From: Azolla caroliniana
Lineage: Eukaryota; Plantae; Polypodiophyta
Assembly (NCBI GenBank): GCA_043228905.1
Contig: JBHGNT010000001.1
Coordinates: forward strand, 11,594,001 to 11,658,000
Direction of reading: 5' to 3'
DNA length: 64,000 nt
A program made the translations under genes and the position numbers. Positions within the stretch are counted from its first letter, which is position 1; every line of letters begins with the position of its first letter. A model generated the notes under the pieces. That model saw only the letters and a program-made list of their open reading frames with translations. It searched no databases and was not told the origin of the DNA. Shown piece by piece: positions 1-14,102 of this stretch.

Positions 1-3000
1 ACAGAAAAGATATTGCTTATTTTTGGAGGGGAACTAGCAAAAATAGGTATTTAGTCAAGTATGGTTGTGGTTCGATGCCTATGATTCGATGGTTCACTCC
101 TAAACTCAAGATTTGACCCAAATGAAGACCCATCTTAACCCATTCTCTCACTCTCTCTTCCTCTCCAAATTTCAACCATAAGCACATACTCTCGAGCTCC
201 CAAGAGGATGCCTCCCACATGTACAATATGACATCACTCTAGCACATACTCTTCAAGTCAATATATCTCTATAGACTATTACTTCATATCTCATTATACC
301 ATTGGTTCTTGAAGTCGGGCCCTTCTTGACTAGGAGCCACATTAAGCCAATAAAATCTTCCACAAGAGTTGAAGTTGCACAAAATATAATCATTTGAAAA
401 AAACTAAATAAATTCTTATGTGAATTGTTCACCATTCTCTAGAAAATCAATGTAACCTATTTTATAATGGTTCTACTTTCTTCAAAGACTTGGGATCCTA
501 TCTTTTATTTCATTCAATACATGCCCTTAAAAAAAAGTCATATTAAGTGTGAATGTTTTTTGTGTACGGTCATTGTTACTTTGGTTTGGAACAAGACATA
601 TCATGTTATGCGAAAATGTGAAAGCATTATCTTTATCAATCAAATAAGAAAATCTCCCAACAAGTCCCATTGGATGAACTTATTACTATAGTTTCAAATT
701 TGGGCATTAGTTTTGTTCGATATTTATTTTCAAATATGATGGTTTGATGTTAATTTCCATGCCAGACACCATAAAATTATGGGTTCAAGTCTCAAGCAAA
801 GGGCTCGATGTTGTACCATTATAAATTTGTTGTGTCTTTGTAAGTAGAGCTTTATTTCCATGGTAAGTTTGTTGTTCGTATTTGTTATAAAAAGATGGTG
901 CATGCTAAGAGTTTACTTGTACAATACAAGGCAACCCAAAGGAGTGAAAATGATAGCATAAAAAGGCAAAGTAACATAATATTTCCTAATGAAGGCAAGC
1001 ACTTGGATGAAAATGATAGCCTAAAAAAAGCAATGTAATAAAACTTTCCACACAAAGGCAAGCATCAATCGTTTTCAAATTTGAATCGGCAATTCATAGC
1101 ACAAACGCAATGCAAAAATGGTAGGAATAGGGTGAAGGTGCATCCATCCATACATTAATACATATATGATATATGCATATATGTACTTGTGTGGATGTTT
1201 AAGATGGGCTATCCATACTCGGAATGTGCATGTGTGGATATAGTATGTATGCACAATTGCGTAATGAATGTGTATTTCTTTTGTTTCTTACGAGTAATAT
1301 AGTTCATGTATGTACTATCATATGCACCACACAATATATGTTAGCAACGACATGTTCAAAACCTAGTTTCTCATAAATAGGGACATCTTGCTAATAAGAA
1401 GATTGTAGAGTTTGACAAACTAATAAGCGTTGTGATGAGTTAACAATGAGGCAATCTCCATTATGCATTGATACTTAATCAAGTTAGTCAAAAGATCGAA
1501 AAAATAGACCCCATCATTGAAGAGGAAGATTTTCTTGGTCTAGCTTTGTTGAATGGAACTTAACATACAAGAAATACAACTAAATTTGAACGCTTTGGAA
1601 ATTGCACTCTCAAGTTTGTGCATTCATCATTGAATGGGATGTGGCTGCCAAGTAAAGAAAACAATATTAAATGTAAACTATGTATACATAAACTTCTTGT
1701 CATCACGTGACAATCATATTGGGTTAAACGCACTTACTAAATATAATGGGCTAATCAAGGATACTTTTCGTACAATGCACTCAAGGTGGGCACATAAATT
1801 ATAGGAGAATGAAGGCAGATCTAAGCGAGTAAACCCTAACATCGTGATGTTGTTTTATGATCTAAAACAAGCAGAAAATAAAGGAAGAGAAATTGACATA
1901 AGCTTCCAAGGGTTATGAATTTTTTGCTAGAATTGCTATAGCTATATAACTAGAAATGTGTGACTAGTTTGCTAGAAGTGTCCCTCAGCCATTTATGATA
2001 TCAACTATATGGTGTGTCTTCTTTTGAAAAATATAAAAAAAAAATGCTCTGAATTTTTGTTATATATTGGAAATCCATAAATGTAATCTTGCATTTTCAT
2101 GTGAGGGAGAAGTGTTTGTTTCCCCATCAAAACAAAACCTCTTGATCAATATGGTGATTATGGCAAAGGGGTAGTTCATAATTGAGCAATGTGTATATTC
2201 ATGTTCAAGTGGTAATATATTCTAGTGGTAATAGAATCATGCACAATTATCACTATTGAAGCAATAGCCGTTTAGCATTAACACGTGTTTGTGTGCAAGT
2301 TTAACTTTCTTGAGTCGTGGATTCAAATATGTATATATGTATATATTTATTTTTTTAAATTTGAAAAGTTCTAAGAGTGAAGTTATGTGCACAAATATGA
2401 TGCACCAATTAAGGCAAACAATATGGACTTAAATTAAACTACTCACATACATTCAAGAGAATGAAAGGCAAAACCTACGATCTCTAATATCCCGATGCTT
2501 TTGATGACTTATATCCAACATAATGGTGATGCATAGGGAGTTGGGATGTACCTACATAGGTGTGCAAGAGTTTAAAAATACTCAACCCATCATCATAGTC
2601 ATATATGGGTTTAAAAAAACATTAAAAAAACTTCAAGATATCCCATTTTCAACATTGTTAGTTGTTATCAAAGAACCCTACCTTTTCTAGCCCAAAAAGG
2701 AAATTACTAATGTAAAAATCTAGGTTGAATTATCACCTTTGCATGTTAATGAGATGAGTTTTTTCACCCAAGCCAATCCCCATGTTAAAGGAGTGGCAAC
2801 ATTGATATTGAGCATTCACATTTGAGAAATCGATGAATTGATGTCGACCAACAACAAAGGCAACCATGACTAATGCCCAACAATAACTATTTATGTACCT
2901 TCTTAACTTTACAAGTCATGTAATGACTCGTGTGTTAGAACTTATTTCTTTTCCTTTTGTAAAGGTTCCAAGTCATTGTACGGCCACCAACCATGCAAGG

Positions 3001-5249
3001 ACTCTTTCAAAGATGGGTCCCAATTACGACTAAACTCTTGGCAACTCACAATTTTTTCATAGACTAATTCATTCGTGGCCACATTTGAGAGAGTGTGCTC
3101 ACCTAACAACCTGTGTTGCTTGCATCATATCTACAAAATGGAGCAAAGACAAATTTCAATATCTAGAATGGCTAGGTTGAAGCTCTCATGACCGTTGCAA
3201 AGACCCAAATCAAGGTTTGCCATGCATAAAGGACATGTTTTTTCTTTGCTCGGTTAGTCGCATGTTTGTATGTTCCTAGTGTGAAATTAATAGCCTTCTC
3301 ATGGAGTACTGGAGCTAATTGGACAATCGTAGTTTTAATTGGGCCGAAATAAAAACACAAAGCTAATGAGAATCCTTGTATTGTCCGTTCACACTAAAGC
3401 CCTTGCCCATGGTTAGTTACAATGTCGAACTCAACAACGTATGACTATGATTTCCTAGAAAAGTATATCACCGTCTTTTTTTGGGGAGGTATCAAAACAA
3501 TAATTGTATGGACAACTTGTGTGCACTGTTAACTTAATTTTGTGAGTCATAGATTCTAATTCATGGGTGTACTCAATGAGTCTAGACTTGAAATTTTCCA
3601 ACCAAAATTGACTAGTATTTTCAAGTATGCCAACACGAACACGTTGTGTGTGCCATCACCATGTTAGATTTTTGAGTCGTGGATTCCAACTTCTTTTTCA
3701 TTTTTCTCTAGAGTATTTCTAAGTTAGCAATTAAATTTCTTTTGGATGTTTGGGATGTTATATGTCACATATTGTGTGTGAAGTGTTAGTTACTTCTCAC
3801 ACCAACTACCTTTTACGTTATTGTCTTGAATCTTTTCTATAAGTCATGGGTTGGCTACCAAATCAGACTTTGTATTTACATGGGGTATCTTTAGAATGAA
3901 TATTTTCTTCCCCAACATCTCATGCCCTTAATATATCTGCCATGGCAAAGGCCTCGTGCTTTTAGATAAGTTCATTATGAGAGATAGAGAGATGGGGAGG
4001 TTGTTTGTGTGTCTTTCCCTCCCCCTCTCTATCTTACACAAGTTCATGTTGTTAAGAGGACATTAAAATCTCACTATGATATCTCATCACAATCACACTC
4101 TAATTCTCACCTTGGAAAGGCACCATTCTCATCCGCATAAACATAAGCTCACAATGAATCTCTCTATCATTTGTTTACATTCAAGTGCAACTTTACCACA
4201 TGTATTAGATCCACCTCTCTCTTCCACTATCTCGATATTTGCCTTGGAAAGGTACCATACTACAACCATCTAGAGACTTACGTTTAGAGAGAGGTCTCTC
4301 TTGTTCCTCTCTCTACCTCTCATATTGTTAGTGGGGGTTAACTTCTAGGTTAACACCGTCAATGAATAAGAAAAAAAGTTTGATCTTCCCCAAGTGATAG
4401 GATGGGTGTCGGGCAACTAAACCTCATCTTATGTCTCTTGTGGACCTATGCAATCATTTATTATTCTCTCTCTCTCTCTCTATTTGTCATCTATATTCTT
4501 GTGTAGGGAGAAAGGACACTATCATATATGCAAACTCTGCTTTGTCACGTACACACTAGTATATGATACAAGGACCCTACCATGCACATGGACAAGTATG
4601 CGTAGAAGAACTCATCCCCCCACAAAGAGTACTACCATGGTCGGGAGCACATGGAAAAAGCACATGTATGACATAGCAAACTCATTAATGGGGCATGAGA
4701 TCATCATAGTAGAAATAGGAGGATGGGTGTTGAAGCCTTAATCTTTGCAATACCTTTCAGACAAAGAATGTGAAAAGCGAGAGAGAAAGTGACTAGTGAT
4801 AGTAGACCATGCCAAGAATGTGAGAGGGACATAGAGTCAAAGGAACATCATGTTTCCACAACCAATGTAGGCAATTATAATATGAGGTAGATAGATACTC
4901 CCCCCCCCCCCCCCAACCTTGCGTGATGTGAAAGGGTTTTGGACCATTTGCATCGTGTCACGCGATTTGAGGACCAGAAGAGATTTAGATCCGACGTCAT
5001 GGAGGCACACACATCACACACTATATATTAAGACATATTTGAAAGCTTAGGCACTTCCGACACCCATTGGAACAACGATGGGGGCATCAACGTTAGCTTT
5101 TTTTTTTTTCTTGTCGCATATAGCGCATGTGTCAGAATCCCGACGGCCAACTTGAGCCCTAGTAAAGGGATCATATGAACTTGGAGAGAGCCCGAAGAAA
5201 CCAACGCTACCCTAGGGGCCAGGGCGTTAAACCACAGTTTGTTGGTGGT

Positions 5250-5253
5250 GTTA

Positions 5254-5284
<31 letters not shown>

Positions 5285-6075
5285 CTCTCTCTCTCATATC
5301 TTTATCTCTCTCCACAATATCATTCATTCACTCATTCATTTACACGAAGAGAGTTTTTATTACACAACTTCGTTACAATCTTTTCTTTTCTTTATTCCTC
5401 CTCCTCCTCCCCCTCTCTTATCTATACATACATACAATACATACAATACATACATACACACACACACACATATACATGATGAAACAATACATACATACAT
5501 ACATACAGATACAATACATACATACATACATACATACATCATAGTACATACTATTACTACTGCTACTGCTGCTACGCCTTCATTAAGGAGCACCATCGCC
5601 ATCGCCATCGCCATCACCATCGCCATAGCTGCTGCACCTGCTACTACTACTACTAGTAACTACATACTACTGCTACTACTACTACTACTAGTAATAACTA
5701 CTGCATACTACTATGTACTTACTGAATCACTGATCTGTCTGCCCGTCCGATCAATGCCCCTCACTCACTTCAATTCCCCCTCCCCTCCCACCTCTCACCT
5801 GCATATTCATTCAAGTCTGATTTGATTAGAAAGAACTTAAGAAAGCTTTTCATTATTTCTTTCCCTTCCTCCCCTTTTCTTTCATTGATTTATTATTCAG
5901 CTCTTTTTTCTTTAGCAGGTATTGTATGTATGTATGTATGTACTTACTCTCGCTCACTCACTTTTGACAGACCTGCATTCTCTGTTACATTCTCGTATTT
6001 TTACTCATATTTATTCTTTTCTTTCTGTTCTTATTCTTATTCACCCCCCCCATCCCCACCCGCCCCAATTCCTCT

Positions 6076-6112
<37 letters not shown>

Positions 6113-6200
6113 TCCCTGATGATTATGATTATGATGGATTATCTCTCTTAATCTGTACCCTGAATTGAAGTGATGAAGTGAATGCTAATAATAGTATGTA
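5250..6200. repeat. Microsatellite-rich tract (CA, CT, TACA, CTA, CCATCG) in the probable promoter/5' UTR of RopGEF
   Basis: Simple repeats are directly visible. The ORFs here are low-complexity artefacts. Confidence 0.85.
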
Positions 6201-7793
6201 TGTATTGATCTCTGCGTTTCCCCTCATCATTTCGGTTTTGTTGTCTGCGCAGTTTTCTCTGGTCTAGACTCTACAGTGTGCGCTCTGCTCAGGTAAAAGC
6301 AAAACAAAACAAGTCGGATCAGAAGATCAGAGGGGGCATTAAATAAAGGCCATCTAGAAGATCCATCAGATTCATACATTTTTCTGCTAAAGGAAGGAAC
6401 AAAGCGTTTGGGTTCATGGTTCTTGTTCTTTCTGAAAAAACAACGCTTTGTTTGTTTGTTTCTTCTCCAAGTTCTGCCCGCTCAAAGAAGAGAAGAAGTT
6501 ATTAACTGATGGTCACGACGAAGACCCATCCATCTTTCACGCATTTTTCCACACTCTGTTTTGAGAAGCGAACGTTTTGTTCTGGAAGTTCCTCTGCTCA
6601 GATAAGACGAAGAGAGAAGCCATTGATTTGATGTTCTGGAGAGAAGATTCATCAAAATCATACAAACTTAGCTGTAAATCTTATTATCATTCAACCTATC
6701 CCTTTCGTTGCAAGATAGAAACACAAATTTGATTTGATCTGCAGTTTAACTCTGCTACACATTCAAAGGAGAAGATTTCTCAGAGAATATATTCGTTTCT
6801 TCTTTTGTTAGCAGCACTATGTTGAGCTACTTGCAATCTTATATATCTTAATTTTTTTCTGCAAAATAAATAGACCATCAATCTTATTCATTCTTACTGA
6901 GTAGAAATCTTGGTTCTTTCTTTCTGCAAATTAGCTTCTTCAGTTCTCGGCTCAGATAATCGAGAAAGACTGTCAAATCATTCTCAGCGCAATATCCATT
7001 AAGCTGTCTACATCGGCTGGCTTTCCTGCAAGCGCAGAAGATATGTTTGTTGTCTGAGGACAGTTTTCTGAAATTTCTGGTCTGCCTTTGTATGCTAATT
7101 AGAGAAGATACTGCTTTCCAAGTTATACCGAAGAATTAGGCTGTTATAAGCTATTGTCGTGGAAGATATTCGTCTTTCTTGCCAGAGGGAAGGTTTAAGT
7201 TTGTTGGTTTTTTCTGTGTGACCAGTTTTGCTTTCTCTGACGTGTCACAAGAGCTTCTCAGAGAATCCAACGAAATTTTCATGCTCTCTGAGAAATCATT
7301 CTTCTGCGAGAACATCGATCTGATCAAAGCTTCTCTGAGAAAATACGGATTGAAACATTTAAGCATGGCAACCTATATCTGCCAAATCTTGGATTTTCTC
7401 GCTAAAAGCAGGGAAGCTTTCACTCTTCTTGCTTTCTAAGGAAACACTTTCTTGCTTTCCGGAGAGCACTTAATCAGAGAAGCTAATGCTTTGCGAGCTG
7501 TATCGAAGCATTACGCTTTTGTAAGTTACTACCTTCAGAATCCTTTGTCTTCCTTGCTGATTTATTGGATTTTCTGAGAAAACGTTATGGTTCATCAATT
7601 AGTTCTGTAAGAGAAATCAACACTGAAGAAACACGTTATACGATATATATCTCCAAAATTTTATCTTTCCTGCATTTAGAAGTCGATGAAAGTTTTTTCT
7701 TCTGCATTTTTTTGAGGGAGGACATCTTGATCGACTAAGTTTCAGTGGTAAAGACAGAGGGAGGTCATGTTATTGACATTATAATCTCAGCTT

Positions 7794-10700
7794 ATGGATG
7801 CAAGCCCTGAAGAAGGAGAAGAAGGAGAAGGAGAAGAGGCAAACGAAGAAGAAGAAGAAGAAGACGACTACAAGAAATGCTTACAGGTTATCAGATGCAA
7901 AAAAGCTCATGTTCCATCTCTGAGTTTTTGGACTTTCCAAGCTTTCAAAACCCTAACTTGTGGACAGAAAAGCTTTCCGAGAAGAAAGAATCCTAGCTTG
8001 AGAACAAGAAAACTTCCTGATCCTACTGTTGCCGTGATTCCTTTCCTTCATCGTTCCTTCAGCCGTGGCTTGTTGAGCTATGGCCATGGAAGAGTCAAAT
8101 CTGATTCTGTCAGATGTTTCCCCTCCTGTGGTATGTATATATATACGTGCATTTCATCTTGTTTCTCTCTCTCTTAAGTGCATCTGGATTGATAATTCTG
8201 CATGCCCTATAACCTCATCTAAGGTAATTGTTTATATCATTCTCCTGTATGTGCATACATATCGCGATCTTTCTCTTTCTCTCGCTCAGACAACTTGGAA
8301 GTGGCATTGGTTATGTCTTACAACCTCATCCAAGTTAATGGCGTATTCCTTGTCACTTGTTGTATAACCTCATTGTAGGCATCTGCGTATGTTTCTTTTC
8401 TTGCGTTATGCACATGAATATAATCAGCTTTCTCTCTAACATTCAGTTGCAAACTGGACGTGAAGTTGCTCAGGCCTTAACGATCTCATCTATATGCCTT
8501 TTCATCTGTGGTATGGATAGATGTATCTTGCCTTTCTCTCTTACATGCATTAAGAAATTGGAGCCCCTTACTCAACTCATGTAGTATTTGTTATGCTCTA
8601 TGTTTCTCCTCTCGTGGTATGTGTATGTCTTGCTGTTGTCTCTCACATGAATTTGGAACGACAGCCTTCATGTCTCCTAACTTCCTCTACTTTTATGTGT
8701 ATGCTTCTTCTCATATCTGCTGCCTTTCTCTTTCATGCATTTGGAATGCTGTTCTTCATGGCTTTATGTATATAACCTCATCTGTAGATGTCATCATCTA
8801 TGCTCACATCCTATGCCAGGTCTTGAGAACAGAATGAGAGAGACTCATGTGAGTTCTGTTGCTAGAGTGGACACTTTCTTTGGAACAAAAGGTAACAAGA
8901 CGAACTGGCGAAACCCTGGCATAGTCACTGATGGTTCCCCCCCAGATGCTCGTAGTGAGAGTTTAAGAGATTCTTCATCCGAACACACCGAGTCGCAAGA
9001 TGCACAAAGCCACAACGATGGATCACCGTCTCCCTCTCTTAGAAAAGCAGATATTTCTATGTCAAAGATCGAGGAGAAAGGAGAAAAAAAGGAGCTCGAA
9101 TTTCTGGGTATGCTCAATGCTCTTAGGATTATCATCACACTAATGAAATTTATTACATTAACCTTGGGTTTAGAAATGGACAGATCTCTATAGTCTAAAC
9201 TTATTATTGATTCCTAATCAAGGTGGTGCGTGTGAACACAACAAATGCTACCTTGAGTTTCTGATTTTGCTCTGTATTAAACCTGTCTGAAGTTTTATCC
9301 TGTGTAGTGTGGGTCGTTTTTCCAAAGCTGAGTACATGGAAATCATACATTGCGATTTTGGACTATTTTCTGTGGGAAACTATTGTTTTATATTTTGTGG
9401 AGTCCAGAATCCGTTAAGAAATTGTCTCCAGGAAATGGAGTTTTTGTGAAATGCCAAAGAATTGGGTGCAGTCTTCGTTATTTTATCATCTTTATTATGC
9501 ATCATGTGAATGGTGAAAAAATTGTCTATGTTTTTATCTTATTGCTGTATTTTTTGATTCTCTATACTGATGTTTGCTTTGTATAACTGATGTTTTGCGA
9601 ACTATGTTACTGATGGATGGAAACATTTTGTGGTGACAGAAATAGATATGATGAAGGACAGATTTGCTAAACTACTTCTCGGTGAAGACATGTCAGGTGG
9701 AACGAAGGGTGTTTGCACAGCTCTAGCAATATCTAATGCTATAACAAATTTATCTGGTAGAGAATTTTGCTTTGCTAATTCTCTTGATTGGTCTGATTAT
9801 ATAACAACCATATGCTTAGTAGCTTGCTGGTTTCACTTTTTGTAGCCTCAATTTTCGGTGAACTATGGAGGCTTGAACCTCTTCCAAGTGAAAAAAAGGC
9901 TATGTGGAGACGGGAACTTGAATGGCTAATTTGTGTGTCTGACCATATTGTAGAACTTGTACCTTCATGGCAAAAGTTTGCTGATGGAAACAACAGCTTT
10001 GAGGTATCATTTTTCCTCTCTACTCCACCATGAATCCTGGTTGTTAACTGTGTTCTTGAAATTATTTATATATCTAAACTTGGTTATGTACTGTAGGTAA
10101 TGGTTACAAAGCCTCGTCCCGATGTGCAAACGAATCTTCCAGCTCTGCGCAAACTAGACATGATGCTTTTGGTATACATTCTTTCATCATCTGTTTCTCT
10201 TTGTTTAGTAATCTCTTGTTGGGTCTCATGGGGCATCTTGGCCTATATGAGATGATGAACATCAATAAATCCTTCTTTCTCTCTCTACATAAGTTCGGAA
10301 ATGAATAGTGCATGCAGGATTTCATGTCTTAAATATTTCCTTTGGGAGATGGATATCATTGTCAATATCCAGAAGATGAAGTACAATGTGTTTTCGGGCA
10401 AGAGGAAGGTCATAATATGCATCACTTTAAAAATGGGACTGCATTTAATCTCAGCAAATTCTACTAATTCACACAAATTCATGTATATTTGCAATGGTAT
10501 ATTTAGATTTCCAGCTTGCACTTCACAATCAACACTGATAGACTTGGATGACTGGTCAGAGAGTATCATAGGCTGTCCAAAATATATAATCGGAGAAATA
10601 TTCTTTGGATATAGGGGTATAACATATATGGTATTGTACATAGGATTGTGAGCATAGTGCTCCTCGGTTGGTATCTGTCTTGGTCCACGATAATCTGTGC

Positions 10701-13700
10701 TTGGAATAATCTAATCCTTACTGATATTTTTCTTGGATCATGGTGATCAAGATCTAAAATTACACTGCTATTTAGCTTGGTGGTTATGATAAGTGTCCGC
10801 ACCTTATTTTATAATTCTAATTTCACATGAATATCTCTAGGGGAGTGGGGCATGCAATGAAATAATACATGAAATGCTACAAGTGGGATTGCACTTTCCC
10901 TTGAAGTACTACTCTGAGCCCGTCTTTTCGTTGATAAGTCAAGACCCTGAATTCAACAAGAGGGAAGGGGGCTTTCCCTCATTGCCAATCTTAAAATATT
11001 ACACCTCCTGTACAGTCTATAGCCAATCTCAGGGCATTTCTGCTTGTGGTAGACACAACAAACTATTGCCAACCACCTCTTAAACCGAAGTGGACCATGC
11101 AAGGAGTAGATGTTCAAGTGGCCCAAGTTGGTGGCATTATGTTCAACATTAGTCCAACATGCGGAGACAAAGAGAAGATGCCCCCACTCAGATAGAAAGA
11201 TTTATTTGTAGTGAATGAACCAATGTTGATGCCGCTTGTGCCATGTTGAATATCTTTCATAAAATATACTTACATTTTTGCACCGATTGTAGGAGTTCCT
11301 TGACAGCTGTAGAGACACAGAGTTCTGGTATGTAGAACAAGGGGTGAATGCTACTGATGATAATGGACAAAACAGTTATGTTCTTGTCACTCAGAGGGAG
11401 GAAGGAAAGTGGTGGCTACCTACTCCTAAGGTTGCTTCAACTGGTCTATCAGATGCAGGAAGAAAAAACTTACAACATCAGCGTGAATGCATAAATCAGA
11501 TTCTTAAGGCAGCAATGGAAATCAATAGCCAAGTGCTATCTGAGATGCAAGTTCCAGATGCCTATTGGGAAGCATTACCCAAGGTACTAGCTTAATTATG
11601 TTGGTTTTTCCAAGACTAGTTAAAAATAAATTGTAAGGTCTGTGAAAGGCAATATGTGTATTTGAAATTTATATTCTGTGTGGTAAATTATATTCTTTGT
11701 TGTGCGTTTTTTTCAGTGTTGCACGAAACATATCAATCAAATCAATGTGAGGATTTGAAAGCATTCTAGACATTTATATTTAGGATATTTAGTTCCAACA
11801 ATTTGTCTGAATGTACGTGTTCCAACTTTTGGGGTGGAACTGACAAGAACAGGTCATCAGTCAGAGGTACTGACTTTGTTTGGTTGGGAATTGAGGCTTA
11901 GCAACGTGGCTGCAATGTTGCCTGCACAAATCATGTCTCAGTCTATAAGCCTATGAGATATCTCACCCAGTCGCTCACACAGGGCTAAATTGTGGACAAA
12001 AATTTAGAGTTTAGGGTTCCAAATTTGGGGTTGAACGGACAAAAGCAGCTCACTAGTCAGAGGTGGTGGCTTTGTTTGTTTGGTAATTTGCTTAGCAAAC
12101 TGGCTGCCATATTGCCTGCACAAATCCTGTCTCAGTCTCTAACCCTCCATGAGAAATCTCACGCACACTCTCTAACACAGGACTAAATTGTGTATGAAAA
12201 GCACCAATCCTCGTGACATTATATGCTATGAATCATTTTTAGAGTGCATGCCACGAGGGGCACTTTTATCACCTGTTGGATGCTCCTCTACTTATATGTT
12301 GATCTCCATAGACTTTGTTTCACCTTCCTATCCATCTCGAAAAGGTTGCTTACTATTTCTGAACCCAATCAACATGACAAGATGTGTGATGGGGTTGGTG
12401 TGTATTGGGCTGCATGCTGTTATGCATTACATTAAAAGCTAAAGAAAACAGCATTGAATGATGGTGGGTTTAGCCTTATTTCCCAGCTCTAATTATGATG
12501 ACTTTGGGAATGCATGAGTGCACAAAAAGACATGCATATTTCCATGGGCTTATCTATTAGTCCTGACGGGTTTTTTCCATTCTCAATCGTGACTGGTTCC
12601 TCATGCTCTTTAGGATCAGTTCTTCCAGTTTTCTACATGCCTATGCATCTAGATGGCTCCAAACTTGTCTTTCTTTGAACAATTCCTGTTTGACGCATGG
12701 CTTCTGGACAGGGTAATGATGCTGTATGGAGCAATTTTGACTTCACCTCCCTAGCTGCATCTTTTTGCTCTTGGCAGATGCTTTGTTGCAGCATTGTATG
12801 TAGCATTTCCAGCTGTTAGTTCAATAACTGAGGATGTTAAAGTTTAGAAATTTTTCCTGAATGTATCAATATGTCTCTTTTTTGATTTGATGTCAAATGT
12901 ACTATTATGTTGATATCAATATATGCTATTAGATAATATGATAATGTAGTAGCATTGTATATACTACAACTATGCTATGTAGTACGTTTAACGAACTTTT
13001 GTAAAGAAAAATAGATGCATTGTAACCATGCACCTGTAATTCATTCAAGTACGTAATGTTTCTAGTCTGAAAATGGATGTTTATATTAATCAATGGATAC
13101 TATTCTTTGTTTTTGAAGAATGCGAAGAGCAGTCTTGGGGACACGATTTACAGACACATGATTGGAGAGAGTTTCTCTGCAGAAGCCACTCTACATTCTC
13201 TTGACTTATCAACAGAGCATAATGCAGTTGAAATCGCTAATAGAATTGAGGCTGCCATTCATGTATGGCAATGTAGAAGACCACTCAGGAAATCTAGAAA
13301 GTACACAAAACACACAGATTTGACTGGTAAGCACTCATGGGTCATTGCGAAGGACAATAATGGTATGGATACAAAGAGGAGAGAGATTCTGGTAAGAAGA
13401 GCAGAAAGTCTTCTTTTATGCCTAAAACAAAAGTTTCCAGGCTTACGACAATCACTACTTGACATGACAAAGATCCAATTTAATAGGGTATGCTTTCATC
13501 TTTTTCTTTCATGATTCATTGGTTCAATTTTGCTTTCCCTCATTGATTTATCCTTTGCTTTCATGTTTCATTGTTTGATGTTATGTTTTTGTGGTTAATT
13601 GATTTTATTCCTTATTTTCATATTAGTGGTCTGATCCTTTTCTTTCTTTCATGGCTCGTTGATTTCATCATTTGCAGTAATGGTTCATTGATTTTATCCT

Positions 13701-14102
13701 TAGCTTCTCTAATTTCATTCTTTTCTTTATGTTTCTCATTAAATGTTGGAGATCTGGAACTTCATAGATTGACTAACTGATTCTCGTATTTCAACTTTTT
13801 TATTTTTATAGGATGTAGGCCAATCTATTCTCGAAAGTTACTCGAGGGTAATGGAAAGCCTAGCTTTCAATATTATTGCACGTATTGATGATGTTCTATT
13901 CGTTGATGATACAGTGAAAGGGAGTGTAAAGTCTCCACTACCACTGGTCAAAAGTCGAATTAATCTGTACTTTAGAAAAGGTTATTCACTAACTCTATCT
14001 TCCACTACTCCATTTGCTTCTCCATTGGCCACACCTCTATCTTCTACCCCTTCAACTAGTCCTAGAGGAACATCATTTCACTCTGGATTTGATAGAGTAT
14101 GA
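7794..14102 (+). CDS. ROPGEF: Rop guanine nucleotide exchange factor (PRONE domain). Predicted exons: 7794-8130, 8820-9107, 9640-9756, 9846-10003, 10097-10171, 11293-11583, 13119-13487, 13812-14102
   Basis: PRONE motifs are split over ORFs: [169 protein letters not shown] junctions are phase-compatible. The first exon and the 3' end are less certain. Confidence 0.95.
11870..12190. repeat. Diverged tandem duplication (unit about 190 bp) in RopGEF intron 6
   Basis: tgttgcctgcacaaatcatgtctcagtctataagcc (about 11916) recurs as tattgcctgcacaaatcctgtctcagtctctaaccc (about 12110). Both copies are followed by ctaaattgtg. Confidence 0.7.

Noticed and set aside
900-3700. Possibly very decayed transposon coding sequence (similar impression at 35700-37500 and 47200-50400)
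   Set aside because: No recognisable motif or terminal structure by eye. A translated search would be needed.
5028-6151. Long ORFs upstream of RopGEF
   Set aside because: They are translations of microsatellites (HTHT, YIHT, LSLS) with no domain signal.
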